This document shows positions 49,461 to 63,687 of a stretch of 64,000 bases of DNA, piece after piece. Under the pieces are notes generated by a model, which did no database searches, had not been told where the DNA came from, and saw only the letters and a list, made by a program, of their open reading frames with translations. The DNA lies in contig NC_045697.1 in NCBI RefSeq assembly GCF_009834535.1, forward strand, positions 37,016,001-37,080,000, given 5' to 3'. Origin of the DNA: Camelus ferus. Lineage: Eukaryota. The translations under genes and the position numbers were made by a program. The number at the start of each line of letters is the position of its first letter. Position 1 is the stretch's first letter.

Positions 49461-52400
49461 TCCCTTGAACCAACACTGCCACCTGCTGGTCGCATTTGAG
49501 AACAGCAACAATTCTTTGCTGGAATGGGCTTCGCCGAGTTTCTAAGCAAGTCGTCGCTTCAGGAAGATGAATTTTTCTCTTGGTAGGATCAAGTGAAAGA
49601 TGATGACTCATTTTCTTTTCCTATAAAGTTGCAAGAATCATTGAGCTGACAACATTTATTTTATGGACTTTTGGGTAGTCTTTCGCCTTAGTTGTTAATC
49701 CGTTGCATTTACGTAATGAGCAAAGCACTGACCTCCCATATCTGATTATCAGAGCCGACCTGGGAAGGAGATACGTGGGCATTTGCATTTCCTTTTACGA
49801 GCGAAGCCCTAGGGCTAGGGGCTTGGTGAGCTCAAGAGTACTGGAAGATGCTGTACCTAAGGCTGTCCCATTAGGAGTAATACCAGTTTGGTGACAGTTA
49901 AAAGGAAATGTCATTTTAATCTCCCATGGTTAAAATCTGTCCAGAGAGAGCAGAAAGGTTTATGAGCTCAGATTGTCCCATAAAATATTCCCATGTAAAA
50001 ATACTTCAGCCCCCACCCATCACTGGAATGTCTAAGGGAACTCAAGGAGATAAAAACAAAACAGGCTCTGATGAGGTGCAGATCCCAGTAAAAACACCCT
50101 CGCTGAAGTCGCCACCAGGGTAGACCAGCGTTTGGATTGCCTGGGCTGAAGTTACAAGACCGAGTAGAACGTTTGTCACAGGGAAAAAACAGCATATATA
50201 ATTTTCACAGTTAGAATTAACTTGGGAGAACTGAAATTAACTGAACCTTGGAAATCTGAATCTTGAAGTCGTCAGTGGCTTTTGGGACTGTGAGAGAGTC
50301 TTCTGTGGCCTCTAATCATGCCAGGGTGGGGTGAAATTCAATATTCGGTGGCTCTGCCGCGGGTTGCATTGTGCAGTTGGTGATCAGGAAGCCAGCTCTC
50401 TGGCTTTATGAGAAGAGTGCTTGCTTTCTCTCCTGGAAGCAGTGCCCTTGCATTGTTTGGCCTGTTTGCTCTCTGGCTTAGCACGTTGTCTTTGATTTTG
50501 GAGTCACAGTTAATGGCCCTTCACTTCTGTTTGCAGGGAAGAGATGGCAACTTGTTAAAGAGAAAGAATAGTGGCTGCAAACAGATTTGTTTCTCTGTTT
50601 ACAACTACGTGACTGTAAATATTGGTTCAACTTAAAATGGTCTCGATAGCTACACCAGTCTCCACTGCATACAAGTTCAGATCCGATTCTTCAGTATGCA
50701 GGTGGTGCAGGGCTGGTCAGGTGGCCTCTGCTGGACTACCACAGTAGTTAGAATTTGAAGTAGCCACTCTGCTGTCCCTCTCATCTAAACATCCTCAGAG
50801 TCTGGAAGAAAAAAAAAAGAGTCAGTATGAAAAACAGTAGGGAACAGTTTCTGAAGCCCATTCAATTAAAAGCTAGAATTTAGTCTTTGTAGTAATAGTA
50901 ATACAGTAAGGCCAGCCGGCAAAGTCAGGTGTTCTTAGTCCTGGTTTACAGAAGGAGAGACTGGGGTTCTGAGAGTTGGACTAGGTGTCAGATGTGAGAT
51001 CAGAACCTAGTCCAATGCCATTTCCATCATGTCTTCTGAGAGAAGGCTTGAAGGACAAGAGAATGGGGGTGCGGGAGTGAACATGACAGAAATCTCTTTT
51101 CTCTGATGGTTTCTCTAACCTATGGCAATGAGTTGTGATTATAGAAGGTTGACGCTGAAGTCCAGTATATCCAACATATAGTTGGCATAAGAGCTATAAT
51201 TACAGTTAAAAAAAAAAGATTTGGATGAAATCCATTATTTCTCCTTGCAAAGTGATTTATTCTTGCCGGCTCATAATGTGCAGTGTTTTTCTGAATCTGT
51301 AACCTCAACTGTTTATATTTGCACATCTGACTTTTGGATAAGCTCTAAGACAGGGGTTACTGATTAAGGATGAGCGTTTACTCCAGGGTAGAAAAGCACT
51401 GGAAGCAGCAAGACAGACTCCCAGAGAGTCTCACTCCAGGACAGCAGGGAAGGCTCCATTCTGTCCTGTTGTTTCCTGTTACCTCCCTGTAGGGCTAACA
51501 CTCTGCAGTTATTCACCAGTAAATTGTCTGAGTTACAGATGAGTAATGACACGAAACTTCACATATACGCCTGGATTTCTAGCCAGAGAACCACTCTTAT
51601 CAGAGAAGGGAGTTTGAAATCTTAAGCAAACACATGTTGGTTCTCAGTATTTGCATCATTATCGCTTGCTCTGGGACCCTGTTTTCATTGCCCACTTTGT
51701 ATGTCAGTAAGTAATCCTTCCTGGCAGCGGGTCTCCCCTATCTGGATGCACAGTAGGAAATCTGGTGGGGCCTGGCCAGGGCAAAACGCTTCTCAAAGCC
51801 TGCGCTGTAAAAGCAGGGAGCCCCTCTCTTAAGCTCGGGAATGCTTTAAAGATGCATCATTGGCAAGGCCTGCTAAAGAAATGCAGGATATAAACGTGAT
51901 AAAACCCAAGACATCAAGCTGGCTCTCGAGGGCTCCTTTGAAGTTCGCTAAGTGGATTATCAGTGGGAGGCTGATATTTATATGCACAAATACACAGGCC
52001 GTTACTGCTAATTGTGGTAAATCAGGCTGGCTGGCCTGGCTCTGGGGCCCGCTGTGCCCATCACCACAGCAGTGATGAAACCCTGTACCCCGGGTACGTG
52101 GCAGGATCCTCTGAAGCCATCAGCCAGCCAGCACTGTGCAGATGACATTTGGATTCACAGCACACAGTGCTTCTCTCATTGCAGTGAGCAGAGAAGGAAG
52201 GCAGGGCCCCAATTTGCATTAGGCAATAGGGGTTGGGGGGTAGGGGGGTAGGGGTTAGCACACAGGGCTGAAACACTGACCTTTCCTAGAGAGACCATAT
52301 GGCGGATTGGAGAGAGCAAGGGCTTTGTATCACACACACTTGGTGTTAGAATCCTGACTTTATTACCAGCTGTGTGATTTCCGGTGTTTTGCTAAACTTC

Positions 52401-54093
52401 TCTGAGCCTCAGGCGGCACTTTTTAAAATCAACTATGTCACAGGGTTATTATTAACAAACATGGCACACACATGACAACTTTGGCTTAGGAAATACTGAT
52501 TTCTCATTCCTGCCTTGGAGAAAACAGAATTATCATTTTTTTTCCTGTCCAACCCATTCCATCCCTGTTACCAGCATTCCATCTTTTACTCTGTTTTTCT
52601 TCCTCCTCCATTTTCCTGGTAGAATTTAATGAGGCAGAAATCTGATGTCTGCAAGTAGGCCACCTGGCCACCTCCAAGCAAAAATATATGCTCAGTCTCC
52701 ACCAAAAACTACTAGGCTACTATTAATCTACTGGATCCTCTCCAACCAAAAAACCAAAACCAATCAAACAAACCAACAAACCAAAAAAAGGGGGGTGGGC
52801 AAACAAGGGCTAAACCCAGGCATACATTGAATTTCTCCTTTTTTTGATTTTGTTTTTTACATAGTTTACTTAGGAAGCATGTACACACATCTTAGTTTCC
52901 AAAGTTAGTGATGGAACAGATTAAGTCCTACAAACTCATTCCGTAGCACGAGTTGGAGTTTTGAGCCACTCAGGAGCCTGGAACAGCCCAGGCCAAGAGG
53001 CTCAGTGGAGCCTCTTCAATTGAAACTTGCGTGTTCAGTGGCCCCTACACCTGCAAGCTCATTCTCGACTTGGGGAAGATCATTTTTTCAATGACTTCAC
53101 ATGGGAAGTGAAGGGGGAGATGATAAAATGTGTGGGGTGTGCATGCAAAGACAAGGAGAAAGAAAAGGGGCCTTTTCAGAGGGTGGACCAGAAGAGACTC
53201 TTCAGTGGTTTTACTGCAGGGCAGTAGGATCTCTCCTTCAATTTTTCCCTTCCTTAATTTCCATTATTCTTCCTTCCTCATGCACTGCTTTTCCCTGTTC
53301 GTGTCTTAGGGACATTCACTGTCCATCTCTCTGTTTCTCTTCCATCCCCCAGAATTTGTTGCAGGACATCAGAGCGGAGAATTTGGTTTCTGCAGGTACT
53401 GTGTGTTACCTGTGTGAAAACGAGTCACCCAGCGAATTTTATCCTCTGGTTTGCTGCCTCCCCAAAACACAGGAATTTAGTCACAATTTTCTCTCTCATT
53501 TCCTCTCCCTTCACTTCCTTTAGTGTTCCTCCTTCCACGCCTGTGCCCTGGGCTTTCTGTGCTTTGTCGAGCCAGACTGTGAGTGCAGCAGGTCCTAGGA
53601 GAACTTGTGCTGGGAGCCCAGGCCTGAGCCTGGTACAGGCCTGTGTATCACAAAGTGTATCCTCCCAGTGACACTGCCTAGTGTGACTTTCACAACCTCT
53701 AGACCAGAATGGCTCTTAAATATTAAGATATTTGTTGGCAGCCCGAGCATCTTTCCCAAAGGTGGTAGAGGATGTGACCTTCATGTACTTTCTGTAGTGA
53801 AACACGAAGCAAATGACAACCCATTTTGAGCGAAAGCAGCTTGAATTTGGAAGTTGAGTAAATACATAGGTTTATTTGTTTTTTGCATTTTTAATTTAAA
53901 TGGTTTAAAAAGAACAGTTCTTCTGTGCTTTTGGACACACTCCAAGACAATAAAGTGAGACTTTGCGGAATTTGAAAGCTGCATGCAATCAAAAGGGTTT
54001 TGCCTTCAGACGGCTCCTGTCATGATCCTGGGGCTGCACCAGGCTATCCCATTCCTGCCTCTTAGGCATTTGACTGTTTTAACCAGGAATCTT

Positions 54094-54151
54094 TTTTTTT
54101 TTTTTTCTTTAGTTGGAGTATAGTTGGTTTACAATGTTGTGTTAGTTTCTG
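54094..54151 (-). mobile_element. Very short 5'-truncated retroposon tail (L1-like 3' end)
   Basis: Poly-T plus gttggagtatagttggtttacaatgttgtgttagtttctg; 15-bp TSD TTAACCAGGAATCTT at 54079-54093 and 54152-54166. Confidence 0.8.
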
Positions 54152-54187
54152 TTAACCAGGAATCTTAAGCCAGGATGTGTGTGGGGG

Positions 54188-54275
54188 TTTTTTTTCAGTG
54201 GAGGTACTGGGGATTGAACTCAGGACCTTGTGCGTGCTAGGCATGCACTCTACCACTGAGCTGTACCCTCTTCGC
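54188..54275 (-). mobile_element. Camelid tRNA-derived SINE (short)
   Basis: ggaggtactggggattgaactcaggaccttg...ctctaccactgagctgtaccc. Confidence 0.85.
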
Positions 54276-54416
54276 CAAACCAGAATGTTTTTGACTAAAA
54301 TAATTCTGTTAACATTTCTGCATAGTGCAAAGCTCAGAAAGAACTAGGCTCAGGGTTCGTTTCATTGGCTAATCCTGTTTCTGTTTGACATTTGACTTTT
54401 TCAGTTTTCCAGAACT

Positions 54417-54465
54417 ATGGGGACTTCCCATCAGACACTTCTGGTCTTAGGCTGTCTCCTCACAG
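54417..54465 (+). CDS. PDGFRA: PDGFRA exon 2 coding part (signal peptide MGTSHQTLLVLGCLLT); exon begins at 54405
   Basis: Acceptor tttttcag at 54404, ATG 54417, donor CAG|GTATGG; 49 coding nt. Confidence 0.95.
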
Positions 54466-55937
54466 GTATGGATCCCAGTCCTCTCTGAGTTCCTTGTCCT
54501 GGGGAAGGTCTTGATCTCTAGGTTCTGTATTTGGGCGGGAGTGGGGGCGGTGGGGAGGGGTAGCTTATCTGTACTCTGCGAACGGTCCAAAAGAGGGAAG
54601 AGACGTAGAAACTACAGGGTGTGATCTAGAAAGACCTTCAGTCCCCTTTGCTGTACTGCACTCATTCCAATTCAAAAAGAATGCTCTCCAGTGGCAATTT
54701 TCGTATATGTATAATCACGGCATTGAAATATTGTGAGGAATAATGGTCTAAATTTGCCCACCACCCTCTTCTGTTCCCTGGGACATGGATTTCCAGTAGC
54801 GATGGATCTGAGAAATTCAGGAATGTTCAAAGGAAACAAATGCTAGAAAGTTCTCATCCAGGGAATCATACCTGCCTTAAGTTATACCTGTCTTAAGTGG
54901 AAGATGCTTTAATTGCTGTAAAATCTCAGAGCCACTTTTTCTCTTGAATTGAATTGAATGATTATTTGACCCTTGGGGAATCTTAACTAACTCTTTTCCA
55001 CCAGGAGATCGCCATTGGGGCCATTTGTTGAAATATTTATTGTACCTTCTTAGTTTTCATCCAGATATTTATGAATTACAGATGTTCACCATGACACCAA
55101 TGTTTTTCTAGCTCAAGGAGTCAACTTAAGCCCATTAGCATCTTCAGGTCTTATCTAGATGGAGATGGTGGAGTCGAGCAAGATCACTGATATAATAATT
55201 CTGAACTCCACTCAGTACACTCCATCTACAGGACCAGATGCACTTACAACTTCTGTCTTAACAAGCTGCACAGATCATAGGACACACTGAAGTTGGGTGG
55301 GATTCCCACATCAGGCTCCGAGGGAGGTTAGAGAACATTTATTGTGAGTGAATTGAGTCACAGTATCTCTTCCATCAGTTTTATCTACCAGGGAAGCTGG
55401 ACTGACATTTTAGGTTCCAAGATGAGCTTTGAGTTTTCACTCTTGGGCTCGACTCATTCTTTTTTGAATTGGAATCCACATCATCCAGCTCTGGTTTCTG
55501 GAAGTCATTAGAGGGGAGGCATGCCAGAGTGTTGTGAGAAATGGAAGAAGCGGAATTCTTGAGCACAAATCCGCCTTGTGCTTTGTTCAGCCAGTCTCCC
55601 GGCCCCTGTTCTCATCCTGTTTCTCTGCAGGGAACGTGGACAATAAAGAACCCATATGTGCTAGAGCCTGTGCTGTCTTGGGATATTTTAGGGTTACACG
55701 TAAGAGTGTAAAATATGGAATTGGAGTCAGATGTCCTCTATCCATTTGAGTGTTTGGAGGGGTGAATCCGGGGCAGGGGGCAGGAGTCGGGGTGGTCGGT
55801 GGGGCTGCCGAGGCATGTTGAAGCGTTTGCAGCACTCAGATGCAGTGGCTGTTATAATGGTGGGCCTTTCATGGGCATCCCGGCTAACGGATTTTTGCGT
55901 AGAAATGGTCATTGTTCATAGAAACTGCTCTGGGTGA

Positions 55938-56305
<368 letters not shown>

Positions 56306-56752
56306 GTGAGCCTCCTGTGTCCCTGGGCCATGCTTGCTGTTGGCCCGTCCCACCAGTTAACTGTATGAAAATTTTTTAAAAGAATAAAAATAGTAAGTAT
56401 TCATTGGAGGAAATTTGAAAACTGCAGGCAGACATACAAGCTAAAATCAAGATCACTCATAATGTCATAATCCCGAAATACTTATTGTTAACATTTTGGA
56501 ACTGTATTAAGTTTTGAACATCATTTTTATTGTGGCATCTTTTATTGGCATGGTGCAAAAAAATCTGAAATATACTCATCTCTATTCAGTTCAATCAAAT
56601 GCAACAAATATTAACTGTATTTACTGAGTGTTAGAAACTGTACTGTCAGAGACACAAAAATTAATTCCGTAGGCTTTTTCTTGGAGTTGCTTATAGTTCA
56701 TAAAATAGCTCCCAAATAACCATGCTGTTTTTCATATTCAATGAAACATATA

Positions 56753-57225
56753 CAGGCATACTTTGGAGATAGCGTGCATTCGGTTCCAGACCACCGCAAT
56801 AAAACAAATATCACGATAGAGCGAGTCCCACAACTTTTTTTAGTTTTCCAGTGCATATAAAAGTTATGTTTACATTATATCATAGCCTGTAACTGTGGAA
56901 TAGCATTATGTCTACAAAAAGTGCATGCTTTAATTTAAAAATATTTTATTGCTAGAAATACTAACCATCATCTGAGCCTTCAGCAAGTTGTAGTCTTTTT
57001 GCAATAGTAGCATCAAAAATCACTGATCACAGATCACCGTAACAAATATAATAATAATGAAAAAGTTCAAAATATGACAAGAATTACCAAAATGTGACAC
57101 AGAGACATCGAGTGAGCAAAAGCTGTTGGAAAAAATGGCACGGATAGATTTTCTTGGTGCAGTGTTGCCACAAACTTTCAGTTTGTAAGAAATGCAGTAT
57201 CTGCGAAGGGCAATGAAGCAAAGTG
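56753..57225 (-). mobile_element. Tigger1-derived DNA transposon (internally deleted)
   Basis: TA then CAGGCATAC terminal repeat, ggttccagaccaccgcaataaa, aaatgtgacacagagaca motifs. Confidence 0.85.
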
Positions 57226-57369
57226 TCAGTGGGGTGACACTTCTGGATATATGTGTGAAGGTAAAATTCATACCTGACATGATTAATGCCAAAGGGATAA
57301 ACTTTTGGCATGTATGTATAAAGGTGAAATGGAGCCCTGATATATTTTTCTTTCTTTTTTAAACCTCAG

Positions 57370-57630
57370 ACCCAGATGTAGCCTTCGTACCTCTAGGGAT
57401 GACAGATTATTTGGTCATCGTGGAGGATGATGATTCCGCCATCATCCCTTGTCGCACGACTGATCCGGAGACTCCAGTGACATTGCTCAGCGGTGACAAC
57501 GTGGTGCACGCCTCCTATGACAGCAGACAAGGCTTTAACGGAACCTTCACCGTTGGGCCCTATATCTGTGAGGCCACCGTCAGAGGGAAGAAGTTCCAGA
57601 CCATCCCATTCAATGTTTATGCTTTAAAAG
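57370..57630 (+). CDS. PDGFRA: PDGFRA exon 4 (Ig-like domain 2)
   Basis: [39 protein letters not shown]...FNVYALK; 261 nt, AG/GT boundaries. Confidence 0.97.
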
Positions 57631-58686
57631 GTACTTGTACCCTCTTCTTCCCTCTTTAAATAAGGGTTACAGACAAAATAATTGGATGCATGTAGGATTG
57701 TAGGATTTAAAAAAAAAAATCCTAGTCCCCAGTGATGGAAACTCCAAATTCTGATATGGGGGCCTTGGGACCCCACCTTTACCACACAATGTTAGGCTGA
57801 TCTCTGTGGCTGCAATATTACGAAGCTTAGCATTACCAAAGGAAAAAGCTTTCCTACCCCTGTGGGAGTTTGTGTTTCATCAGTTGACTTCAAAATGCTG
57901 TAAGGAATTCTTTTCTTGCCTAAGCCTCTTACTGTTTTGGTCACATTCCTGACTACAAAGGCCCTAACAACACACACACACCTGCGGGGATTGGACGTGT
58001 CGGTTAATTTTAGTAACTTAAGAGACATGATTTTGATTTTTTGGAAAAGCTTGTAGTTGTCGACTTCATCTCTTTGATGTGAGTGGTTAATGCGAACAGG
58101 AAAGTGTACACCATATTTGGGTCAACAGATTTATCAAACACTTATGTGTAGGTATGGCGTTAGCGAGAGTGCACTGCTTAACTCTTGTGAAGGGTTTATT
58201 TTAGGCCGGGCCCTGTGCTAGGTTCTCAAAGGGCTTAGAATAACTGGGGGCAGTGTGGGAGAGAAGAGGAGAATAAATGATGGGGCAAGTCCCTAGAGGG
58301 GTGCAGGTCAGTAAAGACTGGCTGAGTAATGAGTAAATCCATCAATAAAGGTGATTGCAAAAGTCCAGTTGTAATTAACCCAAATGCTTGGGAATGAGAT
58401 TGTGGTGTTCTGTCCAATTGGAATTTATTTTTACTACTGTTATTGTTTGTTTGTGTGTGTGCATATGTGTGTGTGTGTGTGTGTGCGTGCCATTTTTTAT
58501 TATAGCTACCTGCCAAATTATGTATGTCAACACGAATCAAGGCTTCTGAGATTTTAATAATTTTGTCTTGGTCAAAATGGTTTGCAAATTATTTTTCAGG
58601 GTTTTCTTAATAAACAAAAAACCCAAACTTTGTAAGATGCCAACTATACTATGAATATTTAGGCCTTTGTGTTTGTTCTTTTTTAA

Positions 58687-58884
<198 letters not shown>

Positions 58885-60284
58885 TAGGTGGGGCACGACA
58901 CTGACCTTTTTAGACCTCAACTTCCTGTTTCTACATTGAGCATGCGTGACGAGATGACTTTATGGCTCCTGGAGCAATGGGAGAGCCTGAGATGATGAGG
59001 GCTCAGCCAGGCCCTTCAGAATCCATGGAAATTTCCCACTGAGCCTCCCTTCTCATAAGTCAGAGAGAAACAGGAAGGTTCTATGGCTGCAAGATCACAG
59101 CCCTACAATTAGAAAGCAAAGAATGAATGGATTTTAAAATTTGCTAATTGCTGAGAGAGCTATGAATTCTCCTTTTCTTGGCTCCCATGCCTTTGGGTTT
59201 TGAGGCATTGGATAATGTTGATTGCCTGCCCTCTTCTGTTTCTGCTTTGTGGACACCCACAAGAATTCTGCCTCCTGCCTGCCTAGTCTTCCTTTGCATG
59301 ATTTCCCTTCAGGGAACAGGCATAACTTGAATCATTCAACAAAGATTTAGTGATGTTTGCTAAATCCCAAGCGTGCTGTGAGAAGCTGGCCCATGCACAG
59401 GAAGAGGGCGAAGGCAGGAGTGGAGATGGACATGGGGATGGGGAGCCACTGTGCTCTCTGGTCACTGGGGGTTTGCAGATAGGGTCTCATTCATTCTGAT
59501 GTATTGTGGTAGATATGTGTGAACCGTGTGTAAAAGGCTATGATGGTGCCACGCAGATACAATGGACAGTGTTTAACGTGGTGGCCTTATGGAGCACAAA
59601 GCCCAGATATGTATATACATGGTGATTTTTCTTTCCTTCACTCCTGGTTTGCAGCTTTCTGCTCCTTGCTCTTTTTTTGACATTTGATAATCTCTCCTTT
59701 TATCCATTCCCCGCCCCCCTTGCTTTTGCTGCCCTGTTCCTTTCTCTCCAGGGCGTGTGGTTGGAAGTTGGGCGTTTTCACATACGACCTTATAAACCTC
59801 ATGTACTGAAGAGACATTCATAGACCAATATGCATACATCTTCCCTGAAATATGAAGCTATTTGATTTTTCTGTTCATGCTGGATTGTCTTTAATCCTTA
59901 AAACATAAGCATATCATTTATTGGAGATAGACATATCCCCACCAAAAACCAAGGTACATGTTGTTTGGCCCAGAATATATAATCAAAGTATTGGTTTATA
60001 AATCACATTTTTGGCTTGATGTTAAAAATATTGCAGGTTTATTGTTGTAACTTCATAAAATTTAGAGAAACAGGAAAAGCCACTATTTAGAACACCCTCA
60101 TTATAATTTTAGGGAGAGAAATCTTTTAAATACTCTGTATACATAGATACATGTAATAATTAATAGGATTGTACTTTAAATAGTGCTTTGTTATATATTT
60201 TTCTTTTGGCAGTATAGCACAAACACATTATGTTATTAAATATCCTTTTAAAACAGGATTTTCAAAGGAATAAGCTTTAAAAAG

Positions 60285-60490
60285 ATTTTTTTATTAGACT
60301 ATTTTTTGGAGCGGTTCTAGGTTTATGGCAAAACTGAGTGGGAAGCACAAGGCTTTTCCGGTAACCCCTGGGCTCACCCCTCACCTATCACCAGCTTCCC
60401 CACAGGGCAGTACACTTGTTACAACCCACGAACCTGCACCGCTGCATCGCGATCCACCAGTCCGTAGCTTACGCGAGGGTTCACTCTGAG
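60285..60490 (-). mobile_element. L1MC-like 3' end fragment
   Basis: ttttggagcggttctaggtttatggcaaaactgag...gtacacttgttacaac...agggttcactct. Confidence 0.6.
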
Positions 60491-60497
60491 GAGCTAG

Positions 60498-60988
<491 letters not shown>

Positions 60989-62625
60989 TAAAGAAATACC
61001 CTCCTGCAAGTATGCCTTTTTGTTTTACTGGGCATCCCTAGATAGACTGAGGATTGTGGGTGTCTTACAACCCAAACCAAGAAAATCTAGCGATCGGAAA
61101 TAGGAGATACTGGGACTCAAGGACCTTTGACGATAACATTGCAATGTGTTCATAGTATGTTGGTAAGTATTTAACAACGAAATGAGAAGAAAGAAGAACT
61201 GAAAATCTCTGCTCCCAATGAAAGACAGGTCCCTGGATTCAGCAAGGGGTGGAGGAAAGAAAGTAAAATTGGACCCACTTGGACTGAATATATGTTCCCT
61301 GATATCCATCACCCATATTGCAAGTAGAGATGTATGGTGATTCCAGTTCCAGGGCAGTTATCACACAAAGCTACATGAAACAAAGCATCATTGGCTTAAT
61401 TTGAAATGCTTTTGCCCCAGTGAGGCCTCCACAGGAAATAAGAGCAACGTCTGGCTAAATTTGGTTAGGAGGAAACAGACAATGGGTAGTCTAGATCCCT
61501 GCCTCTGATGAGACCGTAGACCACTCTCATCTCTTCACTAGTGGTGGAGTTTTGTGTAAGTCACCCTTCAGCCTCAGTTTCCTCATCTGTAATGTAGGGT
61601 TAGTTACACCTTATGTCCTTCAAGGTGAGGAACTGGTTCAGATGCTATTTTGAGGTCTCTTGCAGTTTTAAGCTTTGATTGGAATCTAAGAGTAGAAGGT
61701 ACCTCTTGAAGGGCCCGGCTAACCCAGCCCTGTGCCCTTGTCAGAAGCTATCCCAGGGAGACAAAAGTCACTCCTCTATTTCAAGCCTTCAGGGAAGAAG
61801 AGACAGAACCTCTCTCATTGGTTCACTTAACCTCAGGATTTGCTTTCTTCTTCATGAACTAAATTTCATGTGTAACTGAGAAGTGGCAGTCTGGGGAAAT
61901 GGAGTGTGACAACCTCTGTGGAACAGGGATGGAAAAAGTGGGATACTGACTCAGGAAGGCTTTCTGATGGCATGAAATGGGGATGCACAGAGAGGTGGGC
62001 AATGCCTGAACTTTCCAGGAGACTGTGAGGCCTGAGAGGACTAGGGGGAGCCTGTCTGCCAGCTGTCCTTGGTAGCAACGGCCAGACTGTGGCCGCTAAC
62101 TGAGCGGTTCAGGAAAGCTGCCTGAGGTGCTTCGTGGGTTCCTCCAGCACATACTTTTCTGGTCCCCATGACAGCCCAGGGAACAAGGATGCACATGATG
62201 GAGGGTATCTGGCTTACCCAGAACTGGTGGATCCACCAGTTTTCTTGAGTGAATGAGCACAGAAAATGAATGACAGAAATCTGGTCCTTGGCAGGAGGGG
62301 TGCTTAGGGGACCCTAAGGAAGTCCACTTGGGAAGTGTGTCCAGTGTGGTGCGGCAGAGGGAAAGCCAGCCCAGCACACTCTCATTGCAGGTTCCAGCAC
62401 CTGGCATCTTGGGGTGGGAGACTACATTTGCAGGGTATTTCTGAGCCTCTGATGAATGTTTTCATGTAGATTATTTCATTGAATGAATTCTCACAATGAC
62501 ACTGTGCCTTGCATAGTTATTCTATGCTGCACATAAGGAGACTGAGGCTTGGAGAATTTCAGTAATGCCCAGTGTCCTCCCTCCATGACCAGTGCTCTTC
62601 CTCTCCACCCCACCTGCTGTTCCAA

Positions 62626-62725
62626 ATTTTTTGTTTGTTTGTTTTGGTTAATGGAGGTATGGGGAATTGAACCCAGGACCTTGTGCATGCTAAGCATGTG
62701 CTCTACCACTGAGCTATACCCCCAC
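62626..62725 (-). mobile_element. Camelid tRNA-derived SINE
   Basis: ggaattgaacccaggaccttgtgcatgctaagcatgtgctctaccactgagctatacccc. Confidence 0.88.
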
Positions 62726-62770
62726 TCCCCACTGTGCTTTTTTGTCATCAAACGGGTAAATACTTTATTG

Positions 62771-62791
62771 ATATGTGCGTGCGCGCGCGCG

Positions 62792-62842
<51 letters not shown>
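62771..62842. repeat. Compound (GC)10(AC)21 microsatellite
   Basis: Uninterrupted purine/pyrimidine alternation. Confidence 0.95.
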
Positions 62843-62845
<3 letters not shown>

Positions 62846-63571
62846 CATTCATGGCCAAATGTCATTTATAATATGTGGAAGAGATCTTTTGGGGAAACTT
62901 CCCTTTAATAAAGTATGAAGGAATATTTTTCTCTATTTTTTTAAAGAGGTGAATCCTCTGCTTTAAAAACATCCAAGCATAAAGAAGGTGCATTGTAAGA
63001 AGCCTTACTCCACTCCTGTCCCCATGTGCCTGGTCCCACTGTTCCCCACCCACAGGGGAATACTTCTATTAGTTTTTTAACATTCTTATGAAACTTTCTA
63101 GAGTTTCTTTAAGCAGGAATTTTATATCCCAGCGACCTCTTCCTATCAATACAGAGACTGTGGCCTCATTCTTTCTTCCAAGGATGCTCTGTTGTTTAGC
63201 TGACCACTCAAATGATGGATAGAGGAAGCAAGTTTTTTTTTTAAGATAAAAATCAAGGGCTTAAAAAAAGTTGGTTGCATGTGTTTATTGCTGTTTAAAG
63301 GTCAGGCCTTAGCAGAGCTGACTGCTCTTGTAGTCACATAAGCCACTGTTCTTCTCAGACTGTCTGGTCTTCTGTTTAAGAATTAAGCATCTATGACTCA
63401 AGACATTCCATGTGCAGAAAATGTATCAAAAATCCCAGTAACGTGGTGATAAGAGCAAGGACAAAAGACGTTTTTACTTTTTTATGAAAACAGAATTTAA
63501 ATTGGAGACGGACATTGCGGTTGGAATTTAGTTGGCTACTCCTTGCTGAAACGAAGTCCTCTTCTTTTAAG

Positions 63572-63687
63572 GTATCGAAGCAAATTAAAGCTGATCCGGG
63601 CCAAGGAAGAAGACAGTGGCCATTATACCATCGTAGTTGAAAACGAGGATGACATGAAGAGCTACACGTTTGAACTCTTAACTCAAG
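63572..63687 (+). CDS. PDGFRA: PDGFRA exon 8
   Basis: [38 protein letters not shown]; 116 nt; ttttaag acceptor, GTCTGG donor. Confidence 0.96.

Noticed and set aside
44948..49611. Many overlapping 60-197 aa ORFs on both strands
   Set aside because: Stop-codon scarcity in a CpG island; low-complexity Pro/Arg/Gly/Ala products with no homology I recognise
44687..54404. Intron 1 (9.7 kb) shorter than I recall for human
   Set aside because: Intron size varies with lineage-specific repeats; no visible breakpoint, and the comparison rests on memory
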